A DNA stretch of 64,000 nt. It comes from Rhodosorus marinus CCMP1338 (taxonomy: Eukaryota > Plantae > Rhodophyta). The DNA lies in assembly GCA_029953675.1 (NCBI GenBank), contig JAMWBK010000005.1, positions 2,976,001 to 3,040,000 on the forward strand, in the 5' to 3' direction. The notes beneath the pieces were generated by a model that had not been told where the DNA came from, made no database searches, and was given only the letters and a program-made list of their open reading frames with translations. Shown piece by piece: positions 13,873-26,214 of the stretch; position 1 is the stretch's first letter, and every line of letters begins with the position of its first letter. Made by a program: the position numbers and the translations under genes.

Positions 13873-15179
13873 ATGCAGGGATTTGTAGTCCAGCCCGGTG
13901 GGCTTAGATGTGGTAGTGTTCGAAGATTGGCAGTAGAATGTAGGAATAGGAGGGGTATTTCGAGGTTGGTGTCTCGAGCGAGTGTAAACGATGACCCGCT
14001 TGTGAAGGCTGGCGCGGGCAAAGGCAAGGTAGTTTTCGGGTCGTTGGAGGCCGATGACTTCCGACATCCGCTTGATACGGTCGCTACAAGGATGATGAGC
14101 AGGATCCTTGGGGTTGACATTCTCGTGCGCTCACTGCTTTCCCCTGCGGTTGAACAGGTATGTATCTTAAATCGGGTGATTGACTGTTGAACTTTTGTTT
14201 CCTTATTGAGAAATTTTTTTCGCTCTGCAGGCGCTGTTCCTGGACAATATCTCAACTGGTGTTCTTGTCGGTCCAAATCAGCTCCCCAAGATTCATGATC
14301 AACTATTAGAGGCCTGTGAAGTGCTGCGAATTACCAATATTCCTGAGCTGTACATTAAGCAGAACCCTTTGCCCAACGCATACACGCTGGCTATCAATGG
14401 GAGAAAACCTTTTATCGTCGTGCATACTTCGCTTGTGGAGCTACTTACGCCTGAAGAGCTCCAGGCTGTTATTGCTCACGAACTTGGGTGAGAAACGCAG
14501 AAGACCAAGAGGCCGAAATCGAGATCTGCCCAAAACTGATGCTCGATGGAAATGAATTGATTCATAGGCATTTGAAGTGTGAACACGGCGTCTGGCTCAC
14601 TTTGGCAAACCTCATAATGCTGTTCTCAAACGCGATCCTGGGAGACTATGCCAACGTACTTTTGGAAAATATGCGATCGAATGTAGGTTCTCCCCGAAAT
14701 CCCTGAGCTAGCGTTTCCGGAGAGTTTTGTGGCTAATGTCAAGCACCACTTTGTAGGTGCTCCGATGGCTTCGATCAGCGGAGTTGTCTTGTGACCGGGC
14801 CGCACTGCTTGTCGCTCAAGATCCAAAAATTGTTATCAGCATGATGATGAAACTTGCAGGCGGGAGCACCAAGCTGTCTAAAGAGCTCAATGTTGAAGAG
14901 TACATGAAACAGGCCCAGATGTACGAAAAGGCTACCAGCACCCAACTAGGATCGGTAAGGCACTCGCTTACGGGCCACCAGCCATTGCCCCCTGCGACCG
15001 GGGTCGATCTGAAACTCCACGCTTGTGCACCCTTCCTTGCGTAACTCCAGATGCTGCGCAGAAGCCAAACTGATTACTTAACTCATCCTCTCCCGATTCT
15101 CCGAGTAGTGGAGATTGAAAAGTTTGCCGAGTCTGGAAAGTATCGTAAACTGCTTCGAGAAGGGAGGAGGGGCAACTGA
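13873..15179 (+). CDS. M48 family zinc metallopeptidase (plastoglobule PGM48/HtpX-like), probably plastid-targeted
   Basis: FRHPLD, NAYT, AVIAHELG|HLKCEH (HExxH split by an intron), RSAELSCDRAALL and THPLPILR. Leader MQGFVVQPGG. Confidence 0.9.
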
Positions 15180-15530
15180 ACCAGTAGCACTGAGTAGAAT
15201 TTGCATCGAACACTTGTGCTGCCGTGGAACTTCGGCAAGCGATACATAGGTCACAATAGTTGGGAAGGAGAGACGAATATGTAGTTGTAGAGGTGGGTGG
15301 GTTTCCCTTCCCTTGGCGGCCATGACTGAGAGAGGCTGTTCATAGACTTGTCTGCCAGTGTACAAAAGACAGAAAGACCCGACCGCCATAAGCGCGAAGT
15401 AGGCGTCGAATGTTTTCGTTCTTCCTTCCGTTTTTATAGTTTCTTTAATTCGCTTTCTTTTTCTAATATCGAACAAGATTTTATTTCATCATTTTTGTGG
15501 TTTCTGAGTGGGGATTTCGGTAGTCTTTCT

Positions 15531-16506
15531 CTACTTCTTCTCCGCCTCGGCTTCCCGGGCCTTCCTATCTCTGGCGCCCTTCTGCCTCGCGTTCATCCTC
15601 TCCAAACGGAGTTTACCGTAAGCTCTGAATTTCTTCTCTTCATCTGTGATTGCTCTGGCCTCAAACTCTGTTGCCGCCTTCTCAATGGGCATGAGTTCAG
15701 TCTTCAGCTGAGTCGCAACTGCAACCTCCTCGGCTGAGGCCTCACCAGCCGCAGACTTTCCTGGTTTTCTCGGGAAGACGATCAGCTTGCTCTTGTACTC
15801 CTTCAGCCTTTGGACATTGGTCTGAAGACAGGGTAGAAAAAAGCCTCTATCAGCACAGGGTCTACGGCATGTCCACGACACGTGGTATTCCATGTCGATG
15901 TGGATCATATCGTACCTGGAGAGACTCAACGCAACGATTCTTTCGGCGATGGTCGACCGCAATTCCAACCGTCCTGGCGTACTTCTTGGTAATTCCAGCC
16001 TCCTTAAGCTCGTCAAGAGTGAAGCCACGCCCCTTACGCAATTTCGTATTGTACTTTACAGTCTGACAGTGCACAACTGGTCGCAAATGGTCCATCGGAC
16101 GAGGAGCAATCTTGGCAGCCTGTAAATCAAATTCGAACAAACCATTTTCAGCCCTTTGCTTCAGAGATACACAATATCCTTGAAACCCTCAACAGTGTCC
16201 AAAATAAGAGCCGCACTCTACAGCTTTCGGACGTATCGGAAGCCTCAAAAACTCAACTAGGCAACCACGCAAACCTCCTCCAACCACAAACGTTCAACTT
16301 CAAAAAGTCCATCCCCCCCCCCCTTCTCCTCCTTCAAACCACTGCCGTCCTACAAATCCCATTGAATCTAGATGTCTACATACCTTGGCGGCCCTTTGCA
16401 ACCTCCTTCTCCGCTTGCGCATCGGCTGGTTGAACCATGTCTTCACCCTCAGCTGCCATTCCTTCCGGAAATGCTGGTTCGACAGCTCATTATTATGCCT
16501 CACCAT
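15531..16506 (-). CDS. RPL13: 60S ribosomal protein L13 (eL13), three exons
   Basis: [46 protein letters not shown] and [18 protein letters not shown]. Confidence 0.97.
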
Positions 16507-17526
16507 CTTTCCAAATACTTAATGAAAACCCCCTCTCACCTCCACACCCTCCTCAACAAAGTAGCCTCCCTTCTACCTCGCCCTTCCCTATACCTTCCCC
16601 ACCCAAACCGTCCCTCAACAACCAAAGCGTCCTGTTCCCCTCCACCCTCTACACCCAACCCCGGTCCTCTACCCGAAACTTTGCAAAAACTACTACAATT
16701 CAAAAACATAGGTATTTACTCGATGGACCACGGCCGCGGCGGCGAGAAGAACAATGGCCGGATTTTGGCCCGCCGGGGTATTTCTGTGAGATTAAAAAAA
16801 CATACAAAAAATAAGAATAATGAGTAGTATCTATTTCTAAGACATTTTGTGTCCAAATTATTCTTGATAAAGAATAATTTCTTTTTTTGGCATGTTCCGT
16901 TTACTTATGGGGAAATTAATGGGTTGCTTTAGAGAAATTTCGAGGCTTGTTTTAGAATAGTTGACTTCCAGAAAAAGATCGCGAAAATGCTTGATAATAT
17001 TTGTTTACACGAAATATGTTCATGTTTATGCTGTTTTGTTGAGTATATCTAGCAAATCATGTTCGGTGAGGTTTGGATTGAAGATGGAGCCGGAAAGAAT
17101 TTAATGACTGGATTCAATCATTATACTATGCCTCAGGGTGGGTCTTGATAAAGCTGTCGGCAGGGACGATGTCTGTCTTCGACGTGTGTACTTTGACCTA
17201 TGTACAGAAGTGGGCATTGAAGTCCATCAAAAAAATCAACCCATCGAGGAGGTCAAAGCATGCGCCAGAAAAAGAAAACTTTTCCCCTGAACCCAACCGT
17301 GTTTATTCCTCCTCTTAGTTTTCTGGGATTTTTTACTTATCGTGATGGAGTAAACTGAAAACATATTTTTCCTTTCTTTTCTGTCTCTTTCACACATTCG
17401 AGAAACCCCACACTTCTGAATCCCATCCCTTCCCTCACCTTTGTTTCCCTCCTTCGTTGTAAATAGTAGCACAAACAATCGATTTCACTTGGGTTTCTCA
17501 TTTGGCCCTTCCTCTGTAGAACTTGC

Positions 17527-18687
17527 TTAGTTATAATCTCCAGTTTTAGGAGAGACTGATTTCTCAATCCAGTCTAAGAACAGTTTCCTACATTCTTCTG
17601 GTCTCTCATCATGTGGACAGTGACCCGTCTCATTGAGCATAAACAGCTGAAAGTTTGGGTGATACTCAGGGAACTCGCAACCTGGATGAAAGTTCATCCC
17701 GTTCTCATTCCCGACGGGTGTCCAGGGATCCGCCTGGCCCCAGATTGCCAACGAAGGACACCATGATAGTTTCTGTAGAAGACTCTCGGGTGTTGGGCCT
17801 GGAGGTCCATCCAGTACTTTCAGGAATACCGAACTCGCATTCTCGTCTTCCGACGGAGTAAACAGCATTTCAACCAGCTCATCAGTCACAGCGTCTTTGT
17901 TCCCGTAAACTTGAAGGAGGATGCTTTCGATGTTGGATTTCGATCGGTAGTTGTCGAAGAACCACCTACCTAAGATAGGGTTGAAGAAGATCTTCCGCAC
18001 CATGAAGTACAAAACCCTATTCTCGATTGAGAGACAGGGGGAGAACTGGTTAGACGGAGCCTAACAATGACAAAACTTTTCCCGAATTGAGTACCTTATT
18101 GGTATAGATAGCTCAGAGTAGCGGAACGCAGTGAGGCCACCAGCGCAGTTAAACAGGCAGATACCCGAGACAAAATCCTTCCCGAGCTTGTTCGCGGTGT
18201 CCAGTGCTGCTAGAGACCCTACGCTGTTTCCGGACACAATCCACTGACCTCCTTTCTCTCGAACCAGGTCGCTTAGCATATCACTCCATAGCTCTATACT
18301 GTACTCTACATCCACTGGCTTGTCGCTAGCCCCAAAACCAAGCAGGTCCACTGCATGCACACGCAGCCCCGAGTCCGCCAGCATCTGCTGAAGCTCAAAC
18401 CAGTGATTCACACTCGCACCAAATCCATGTACTAGCAAAACATTCAGTTTCGCATCCTCAGGTCCTTGAGACTTCACGTTCACTTTATATCCATTCCAAC
18501 TCCAATCCTCATAATTTCTCTGCAGACGACCCGTGTTCTCAGCCACAACCGCAGGCTCCGAAACCCTCATCAAAGTCCGCCTCAGTCGAAACGTCGCTGA
18601 AGACTCTCTGTAGTAGCTGCATCTTCCTTTCACTGCAGCAGGTCGCCCAGCCACTACACCTCCAACAAAACATACACCACCCGTCAT
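17527..18687 (-). CDS. Alpha/beta-fold hydrolase (pheophytinase-like plastid family), two exons
   Basis: Oxyanion motif LLVHGFG, DLLGFGASDKP, nucleophile elbow GNSVG, WGQADPW and catalytic His in GHCPHDERPE. Leader MTGGVCFV. Confidence 0.88.
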
Positions 18688-19379
18688 CTCTTCTTCTTCT
18701 TGGCTAAAGCCCCACGCTCAACCTCGCCATCCAGTGAGCCAACTCAATCAAACCAAATCACCACTCTTAAAAGAAATACTAAATAAATAAAAATCCCTAA
18801 GACAGTCAAAACTTTGGCTCGAGTTTTCTAAACTCGTCATCATCTCCACCATTCTCTCCGAGGCAATCTCGACAGGACCTCATGTTCACGAGGTAGCGGT
18901 GTGAGCTCGTCTTGTCAATGGTGAGCCAGAAGATGAAAACTTCAGGGTGTGTGTTGATCGGGTAACTTGATTCTTAGAGGATTATGGAGACGTTCTGCGG
19001 ACAAACTCCGCCGTGCCAAATCATAATCTCGGACTGGAGTGGGACTGTTAAGGACTCACAATAATCATTGGGACGGTGTCGTTGCGAAGGTGTTGAGGAT
19101 GGCGTTGGTTTGTGGACTGCTCATCCGGCGCTTAGCGGTTTTGAGTCTTTTTGAGCCGATTCGGCAGGCCGCTGGCTGAAAAACTGTCTACACGCTTGGC
19201 CGTGCAATCTTGCTCCAATGGGACAGAACAAGCGATGGACTAGTCCGGAGGCTTCCATACGAATCTTCGACTTCGTAATGTTCAGGTGCGCTGAGCAGCC
19301 GGGCTGATGTAGAAGGATGTCACTGGCAGTCTTCTTTGAGCCAAGCCGCATACTCACGCTCTAAACTGAATCCATTGTG

Positions 19380-20250
19380 ATCAATAACAAACACGACAAA
19401 ACTGACGGGACAGGAGAACACAACCTGACCTCGAGCTCGCCAGGTCATGTGTTTGCATCCATCGTGTCCGGGCTTTGTCGGGATTTCCTATCCACTGATG
19501 ATCGTGCAATTGGCTTGGTAATGTCCCCGACAAAGCTATTAGAGTCGATGCAATTGGCTATCTCTCCGAACTAGATTCGTATTGGCTTGTTGTCCCCGAG
19601 CCCAAACTGTCGAAGGGCTACCTCTCCCGCCTGGCTTCCCGTTGGTTTTGCGGTCCTCGACACAAGCTGGCCTCGAGTCCAGACCAAAGCAAAGCCGGCT
19701 CGGAGAGATAGCTTTTGGCCATCTCGACCTTGCGTATCTTTGACAGTGACATTACCCAAGCCAATTGCACGATCAACCACGGACAGGCAATCGCGACTGA
19801 AGGAGTGCTCCCTAGGCGCTCCCATGGTGTCGTCTTCGCCATGAGCAGAGTCGAGTTTCGTCCTGCAATTCGGCCTGCTCAGAATGGAAGAATACGGGCA
19901 TTTCCTGCTCCATGGCGCAGTGAATTCCTAGACTAAATAAGTCCCCGTGAAACAGTTCATTCCCGGTCCCGAGAGGATTTCTACAGTTGAGGATTTTCCG
20001 CAGCTTAACAAGGACGCTCACGCATCTCTGAAGCGCTTAGCCCCTCAAAATCTAGCGAGTGACGATCGACGGTTGGAATCGGTTGATCCGTGGCTGTTTG
20101 GCTCCAGACATCTTGATAAGCGGCGGCCGCCCAATGCGATTCCCCTACAATTCGAAACAGAAGGTAGCTCTCGTGTTAGCCCGATCGGCAAGGCCAAGAA
20201 GCGTTCATTGATTTTTGTAGTTGAACATCAGAAATCTCATGTATGATAGT
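19380..20250 (+). pseudogene. Highly decayed LINE-type RT remnant
   Basis: Ordered fragments DSYWLVVPEPKLSKGY (about 19570), DSDITQANCTINH (about 19745; cf. LDISKAFDTINH) and NLASDDRRL (about 20050; cf. LYADD), with stops and frameshifts. Confidence 0.28.
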
Positions 20251-21339
20251 TAATCAAAGCTAAATAGACACTGTGGTCAATGCTCATATGTCCCTATCAA
20301 AAGTTTTCCTCATCTGTAGCCCATCGATCTTCTTAGAAAAAAAACGACATTCGCTTGTCCACGTTGCTTACCGATAGAACAGAAGGTCGAGGTTTACTCG
20401 ACGACGAATTCCTGAAACAGGAATGCGCAGTACCTGTTTCAGGTACTACGCCATTAGTCCCTTCTCCCTCTCCATCTGGCCGCTTTGATTGGATTCCCGC
20501 AGCTCAGCACTCACAGTGCTATGTTTGGGGAGCAACTTCCTAAGGAGACTCCATTATTATCCTCGTCAGCGATTGTTTCACTTTCCCAATAGGTCAGCAC
20601 TCTTCCTCGCTACGGGCAGAACGCGACGAGTTCTCTCCATTTCTTGCCTCCCATGGTCCAAGCAACAGCCTGCGTTCATTCAGCCGTCTCCCTCTTGGCG
20701 ATCTTGGACCTTCGTGCTCGGCAGGAATCTTGTAATTCTAAAAAATATGTATTATCATAGTCAAAAGTCATCCTACCGAACAAGCAGAGGCAAAAAGGCA
20801 GTCTATGGCGACCTATCCTCCTCCAAACCAGCACAAGGAGAGCATCAGATCGTTCCAAAATCCGATTCTAGCTACTCGTGCTAGTCCTCCAAACTAACCC
20901 GAAAGCAGCAATGGACTCCAAGAAAGAAAAAATATATATATAGATAGCTCGACATCCGCTCGAAGAAGCTCAAAAACAACCGCGCTGACTAACCAAGTTC
21001 CGCACAACCTCTAAGAAAACCTCCTCCGCCCGGAAACAGACCACTAACTATCCATAAGCAATCAAAAAAAACTTTGCTCAGTAGCTAGAGCTGCAAAGCA
21101 TCTGCTCCAAACGTCCAGACCTTTCCCCAGCACACTCAACGCCCTACCGCCCAAGCCATCCACAAAACGGCCTATGCACTCCCTAAGGAAGCCGATTGTC
21201 ACCGCTGGTGCCACTAAAAAGGGAGATAGAATAATAGAAACTTTAGAAAGTATTATTCATCGTAAACCCACAATAGGTTGTTATATTTTTGTTATGATGT
21301 ATATATAGACATTAAATTCGCTGAATTGGTATGACCGTG

Positions 21340-22450
21340 CTTGAACAGGATCAGTTCTATAGGTCATCAACTTCCTTAGTCTTCAAAATAGACACACATT
21401 TCAGCCGAGGATGATGATCTTAGTGTTGTTGGGCGGAATGGGATGTCTGCTGGGACTCGTATCTGGTTCTTCCAGGGGGGGTGTTCAGTCTAGAAGATCG
21501 CGCCTGAAAGTCCGTTAGTGACTGGATGGCAGCTCAGCAACCGATCTAACCGGTAAACACTTTTTGTCCATCGGTTCCAGACGATCGCTCGTTGGGATGT
21601 TCTTAGTGTTGTTGGGCGGAATGGGTGTCTGCTGGGACTTGTATCCGGTTCCAGACGATCGCTCATTAGGATGTTCTTAGTGCTGTTGGGCGGAATGGGA
21701 TATCTGCTGGGACTCGTATCTGGTTCTTCCAGAGGGGGTGTTCAGTCTAGAAGATCGCGCCTGAAAGTCCGTTAGTGACTGGATGGCAGCTCAGCAACCT
21801 ATCCAACCGGTAAACACATTTTGTCCGTCGGCTCCAGGCGATCGCTCGCTAGGATGCTGGGAGGAATGGGATGTCTGGTGGGACTCGTATCTGGTTCTTC
21901 CAGAGCGGGTGTTCAGTCTAGAAGATCGCGCCTGAATGTCCATTAGCGACTGGATGGCAGCTCAGCAACCGATCTAACCGTAAACACTTTTTGCCCGTCG
22001 GTTCCAGAGGGACTTGTCAGTCGAAACGATCGCTCGTTACTCTGTTCTTACTGTTGCTGGGCGGAATGGGATGTCTGGTGGGACTCGTATCTGGTTCTTC
22101 CAGAGGGGTGTTCAGTCTAGAAAATCGCGTCTGAATGTCCGTTAGCGACTGGATGGCAGCTCAGACACCCAATCCCACCGGTAATCGCCTTCTGCCCGTC
22201 GGTTCCAGAGCTTGTTCAGTCCAAAAGATCGTCCATTCGTGACTGGATAGCATGTGAGCGACCGATCTAACCGGTGATCGCTTTTTGCTCGTCGAGGGCT
22301 TCCTACTACTGTACAAACGAACAGGATTAGGTTTACTCGTCATCAACTTCCTTAGTTTTCGAAACAGACACACGTTTCCTCCGGGAGGATGATGATCTTA
22401 GTGCCTTGGGCGGAATGGGATGTCTGCCAGGACACGAATCTGGTTCTAAA
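21340..22450. repeat. Nested tandem array: four well-conserved units of about 170-200 bp plus partial units, bracketed by a diverged direct repeat of about 125 bp
   Basis: The core GGGCGGAATGGGATGTCTG..GGGACTCGTATCTGGTTCTTCCAG..GTGTTCAGTCTAGAAGATCGCG recurs near 21430, 21690, 21865 and 22060. Segment 21344-21470 resembles 22319-22447. Confidence 0.95.
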
Positions 22451-22899
22451 CGAAGCCCGCTGCGCTCTCGTCCACTCTTCTGCGTAAGGTTTTCATGTCG
22501 CTTCCTCCCTGGTTGTCGGCTTCTGTAGGCGGCCTTTCGTAATGAACTCAAGGTTGTTGTGTTGTCTAGACGCCCCGGTTTCCTCTCTCATAGTTCTTCT
22601 GCAGGTCTGCGTCATTCCTTATTGGGACTCAATTCTGGTTTCTAGAGAGAGCATACAGTACAGGAAGATAGCGACTAAGATCCCGTAATCGTCTTGATGC
22701 CGGCAAATCAACCAGGGTGACCGATGTTTTCGTATTCGTTTCGCTAGTTTTCCTCCATTGATTTGTACACACCACTCTCAGCCGCAATTGCATAAAGCTT
22801 CGTCATTGGAAACCTTTTTTTTTGGGCTTTTATATACAAGCCATGCCCGACTCGTTTCCTGGATTGGAGCTGATAGAAGCGCAGAAGTCATTGATCACA

Positions 22900-23767
22900 T
22901 CAAAGGACATCGCGGGACTTCGATGCGAGCCACGTAGCAACCGGGTCCCCGCCGAGGTCACTCGGCACAGTCATCTCCCCCAGCTGCTTCTCAAGGGTTG
23001 GTGAGAACACTTCATAGAAACGAGCCATTGGTACTTTTCCAATCTTAAAGCAATACTCTCTTCCCCAGAAAGGTCCACGTCGGCCGAAGATGTCCTCAAG
23101 CTCGTCGTTGTATCCGAAGTGGAATCTGGTCAAGCGCGGATTCAAAAGGGAGCAATGAGTTAAGCTCTAAGCTTCGCTGCAGGCGAAGCTTAGAGTGGCA
23201 TGTCATACTTCTCTATTCTCCGTGCTATCTCAAGTTTGCTCGTCAAGATCTTCTCCCATACTACGACATTGTTTTCGCCACCCATAATCTCCTCGTATCG
23301 ACTGCGGTCCCACCACGACGCTGCGTAAAGAAGAACGTTATCGGTTTCATCCTTCAGCACGATCTGCCGTTGGCACAAAGGTTTTCGAACGTCGCTGACA
23401 AATTCCGGAAGGGTTTCATCATCTTCTACATTAGTGGCTTCCAGCACGTCAAGAAAAACCTAGCCAGGAACGTTCGTCTCTCAGTCCGGCACCATCCTGC
23501 CCTCGGTGCTCACAGGCTGCCTCCTACCTTCTTGCCCGTCACCAAATTGATATGCTGAACTGGATGACCATCAGAGGCAATCATAAACCTCCAAATTTTC
23601 GCTGGCGTGAACGTGCACATACACTCCGAAGGATCTTCGGACGCCCATATCGATTCCAAAATTCTCGCCCGTTCCACCCCACCTCGTCTACTCCGCGGAC
23701 GAGTGCCAATTTGACCTCGCCAGCTTCTATCAGGTGATGCCAACGTACAGTAAGCAAACGCATCCAT
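22900..23767 (-). CDS. ycf21: Ycf21/DUF98 family (chorismate pyruvate-lyase-like) protein, nuclear-encoded with a transit peptide, three exons
   Basis: IWRFMIASDG, RQIVL..YAASWW and GPFWGREY..FYEVFSP match the cyanobacterial/red-plastid Ycf21 pattern. Leader MDAFAYC. Intron 23126-23208 restores the frame (IEK|FHFG). Confidence 0.78.
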
Positions 23768-24326
23768 TTTAACCAGAAAAATCACAAACTCCTTTCCAAT
23801 GACCTCTCCCAGCCACCATCAACTGCCTCCATATTCATGTCCCCCTACCCCTTATCCCCAGCCCGACAAAGGCCAGATTAGTGCTTGGATCCAGAAAACT
23901 CAGAACGAGAGAGCACGCACACTGGAAATGAAGCACCCGAAAGCGATACAAACACAGACATGAAGTGCAGCCCCTAGCTATATACTTTCCTTCCACTCCA
24001 TCCGATCCATCCCTTCCAACATGTCACTCGGATCATCTCACACACGGCAATGTCCCACGGAGAAAGTGTCCCAATCACATTTTTCACATTGGTTCAGTTT
24101 ACCCCTCCCTAAATATTTATTCTCAAATTTTCGTAAAACAAAAATTCTTACCCCCCCTACGCAGCCCACAATGGGGGGTATATATTACAAAAACTGTAGA
24201 AGGGTTTCAACTATTACCCCTATATCGTTTTTGACAATATGAAACGTTTGGTTTCTCCCCCCCTTCCCCCCCCCCACGGGCCAGAAACTGCATCCAAGAA
24301 GTTCTGTTTTTTGTTAAAATTGCGTT

Positions 24327-24334
24327 TTTCGCGG
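24327..24334 (+). promoter_or_regulatory. E2F-like site TTTCGCGG upstream of RFC3
   Basis: Fits WTTSSCSS and lies about 350 nt upstream of a DNA-replication gene. Confidence 0.35.
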
Positions 24335-24686
24335 GAATATTTTGATTGAACTTGATTTTTTTGATTGACTAAGGATGGTGTCTCTTTTGGAGGATTTTGA
24401 TGAAATTGGAGGAGAGAGTAGCGGAAAGGGTTTTGGCAGAAGAGGGTGGTAGATCGACTGTGCTGGTTGGGGTTTGGGAGAGAGGGAAGTGAGATGGTGG
24501 GGGTTCCTAGCTTATCCTCTTTCCTTTGCTTTTTCTTCTGTGTTCAGTATTGAAGGAGCTTTTGTCGGTATTTATCGATTTTAGTTTGGAAAGCTTTGCT
24601 TTTGTGTGGTTTCATTCCACTTTGGTTTTGCTTTCTGCGAGCTTTTGTGACCGTTGTTTCGGTTTGGTTTGGGGCGAGGAGGGAGG

Positions 24687-26214
24687 ATGAAGCCGAATAA
24701 TCGCGGACTGTTGTGGGTCGACAAGTATCGACCTGGTACGTTGGACGAGATGGACTTCCATCTGGAGCTGAAGGAGAGGCTGGAAGGGTGAGAGAAACTG
24801 CTTTTTTGTTCTTTTGGATTCCTCCTGCGGATGAAAATTTCTGGCTCAAAAGCTCGTCCATCCCAATCGTCACTGCAGGATGGCTCAGCGAGCAGATATC
24901 CCTCATCTTTTATTTCATGGTCCGCCGGGTTCTGGGAAACGCACAAGAGTGTCTTGCCTGCTTCGGCTTATCTACGGGCCGGCTGCGGAAAAGTTGAAGG
25001 TGGAGCACCGTTCGTTCAAGGTTGGAGATCCTCCGAAGGAGATTGAGATGACGATCTTGTCCTCTATCCATCATATTGAGGTGAGCTGACGAGCACGTGG
25101 TTTGAACACGTTCCCCTCGGTTGGATCTGATCTTGAAACCTCTTTCTGACGTCTCCCATTAAGGCAAATCCATCTGATGCGGGTTTCTCCGACAGATTAA
25201 TTGTCCAAGAACTCATCAAGGAAATTGCCTCGAATGCACCGCTGGACGTTACAGCCGTAAGAGTGCCCTTCAAGGTTATTGTGCTTCACGAGGTCGACAG
25301 CTTGAGTCGTACAGCTCAGCAAGCCCTGAGACGTACGATGGAAAAGTACTCGAGAACATGCCGCCTGATTCTGATGGCCGATTCTTTGACAAAGGTGAGC
25401 ACCTTGTTTCAACATCATAGCGAGCATTTTAGCAAGAGCGACTCATCACTGCCTTGTTTTTTGGCTCCTGACAGATCATTGAGCCACTGCGAAGTCGCTG
25501 TAATTTGGTACGAGTACCTAGTCCGTCGGAGAAGGAAATCTGTGATGTACTTCAGAAAGTGAGCAAGGAGGAAGGTTTCGAGCTACCTGATCAGTTTGCA
25601 GTCAAGGTCACAAAGGCCTGTTCGAGAAACCTTCGTCGAGGCCTACTCCAACTTCAAAGCTCCAAGATGGATAATTACCCGTTTGCTGAGGACCAGGTGT
25701 GTGTAAACCTGGACAAGGGTGCCATCATGTCCTGTACTAGCTTTCTCAGCTCTTCGGTGATTCTCTCTCCTATACAGCCCGTCTCAAGGGCGGACTGGGA
25801 GCTTGTTTGTATAGATATCGCATCGCTGCTGATGAGAGAACAGAGCAACAAGAGGCTTTTGCTGGTCAGGACTCGCTTTTATGAGTTGCTCACTCACGCA
25901 ATTCCAGCGGACGCGATTTTCGAGGTAGGAATTGTGTCCCATGCCGCGGAATGAAAGAGAACGGCGCAGCTGCTGATTGACTTCCATGCCTCTTGCTTGA
26001 ACGTTTCTTTCCGTAGAGCGTGACGATGGAGCTCTTGCGCAGCGCGGACCAGGAGATCGCCCCTGCGATCTGTGAATGCGCAGCGGAATACGAGCATCGG
26101 TTAAGACAAGGCCAGAAAGCGATTATCCATCTGGAAGCGTTTGCGGCAAGGTTCATGCAGATATACAAAGAGTACATAGACAACCAATACTCCATGCTGA
26201 TCGATGATGATTAG
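24687..26214 (+). CDS. RFC3: Replication factor C small subunit (human RFC3 / yeast Rfc5 type), multi-exon
   Basis: LWVDKYRP, PHLLFHGPPGSGKRTR, EVDSLSRTAQQALRRTMEKY, NLRRGLL and HRLRQGQKAIIHLEAFAARFM. Confidence 0.95.

Noticed and set aside
13567-14276. 166-aa and 216-aa minus-strand ORFs
   Set aside because: Shadows of the M48 5' region and the GA repeat.
16100-16383. snoRNA in the long RPL13 intron (and in the RPS16 introns)
   Set aside because: No RTGATGA/CTGA pair with a terminal stem could be identified.
17150-17290. LDKAVGRDDV fragment resembling the LINE KAPGxDG motif
   Set aside because: Single isolated motif with no downstream RT motifs.
21340-22450. CRISPR interpretation of the array
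   Set aside because: Units are 170-200 bp and homologous throughout, with no unique spacers or cas genes, in a eukaryotic context.
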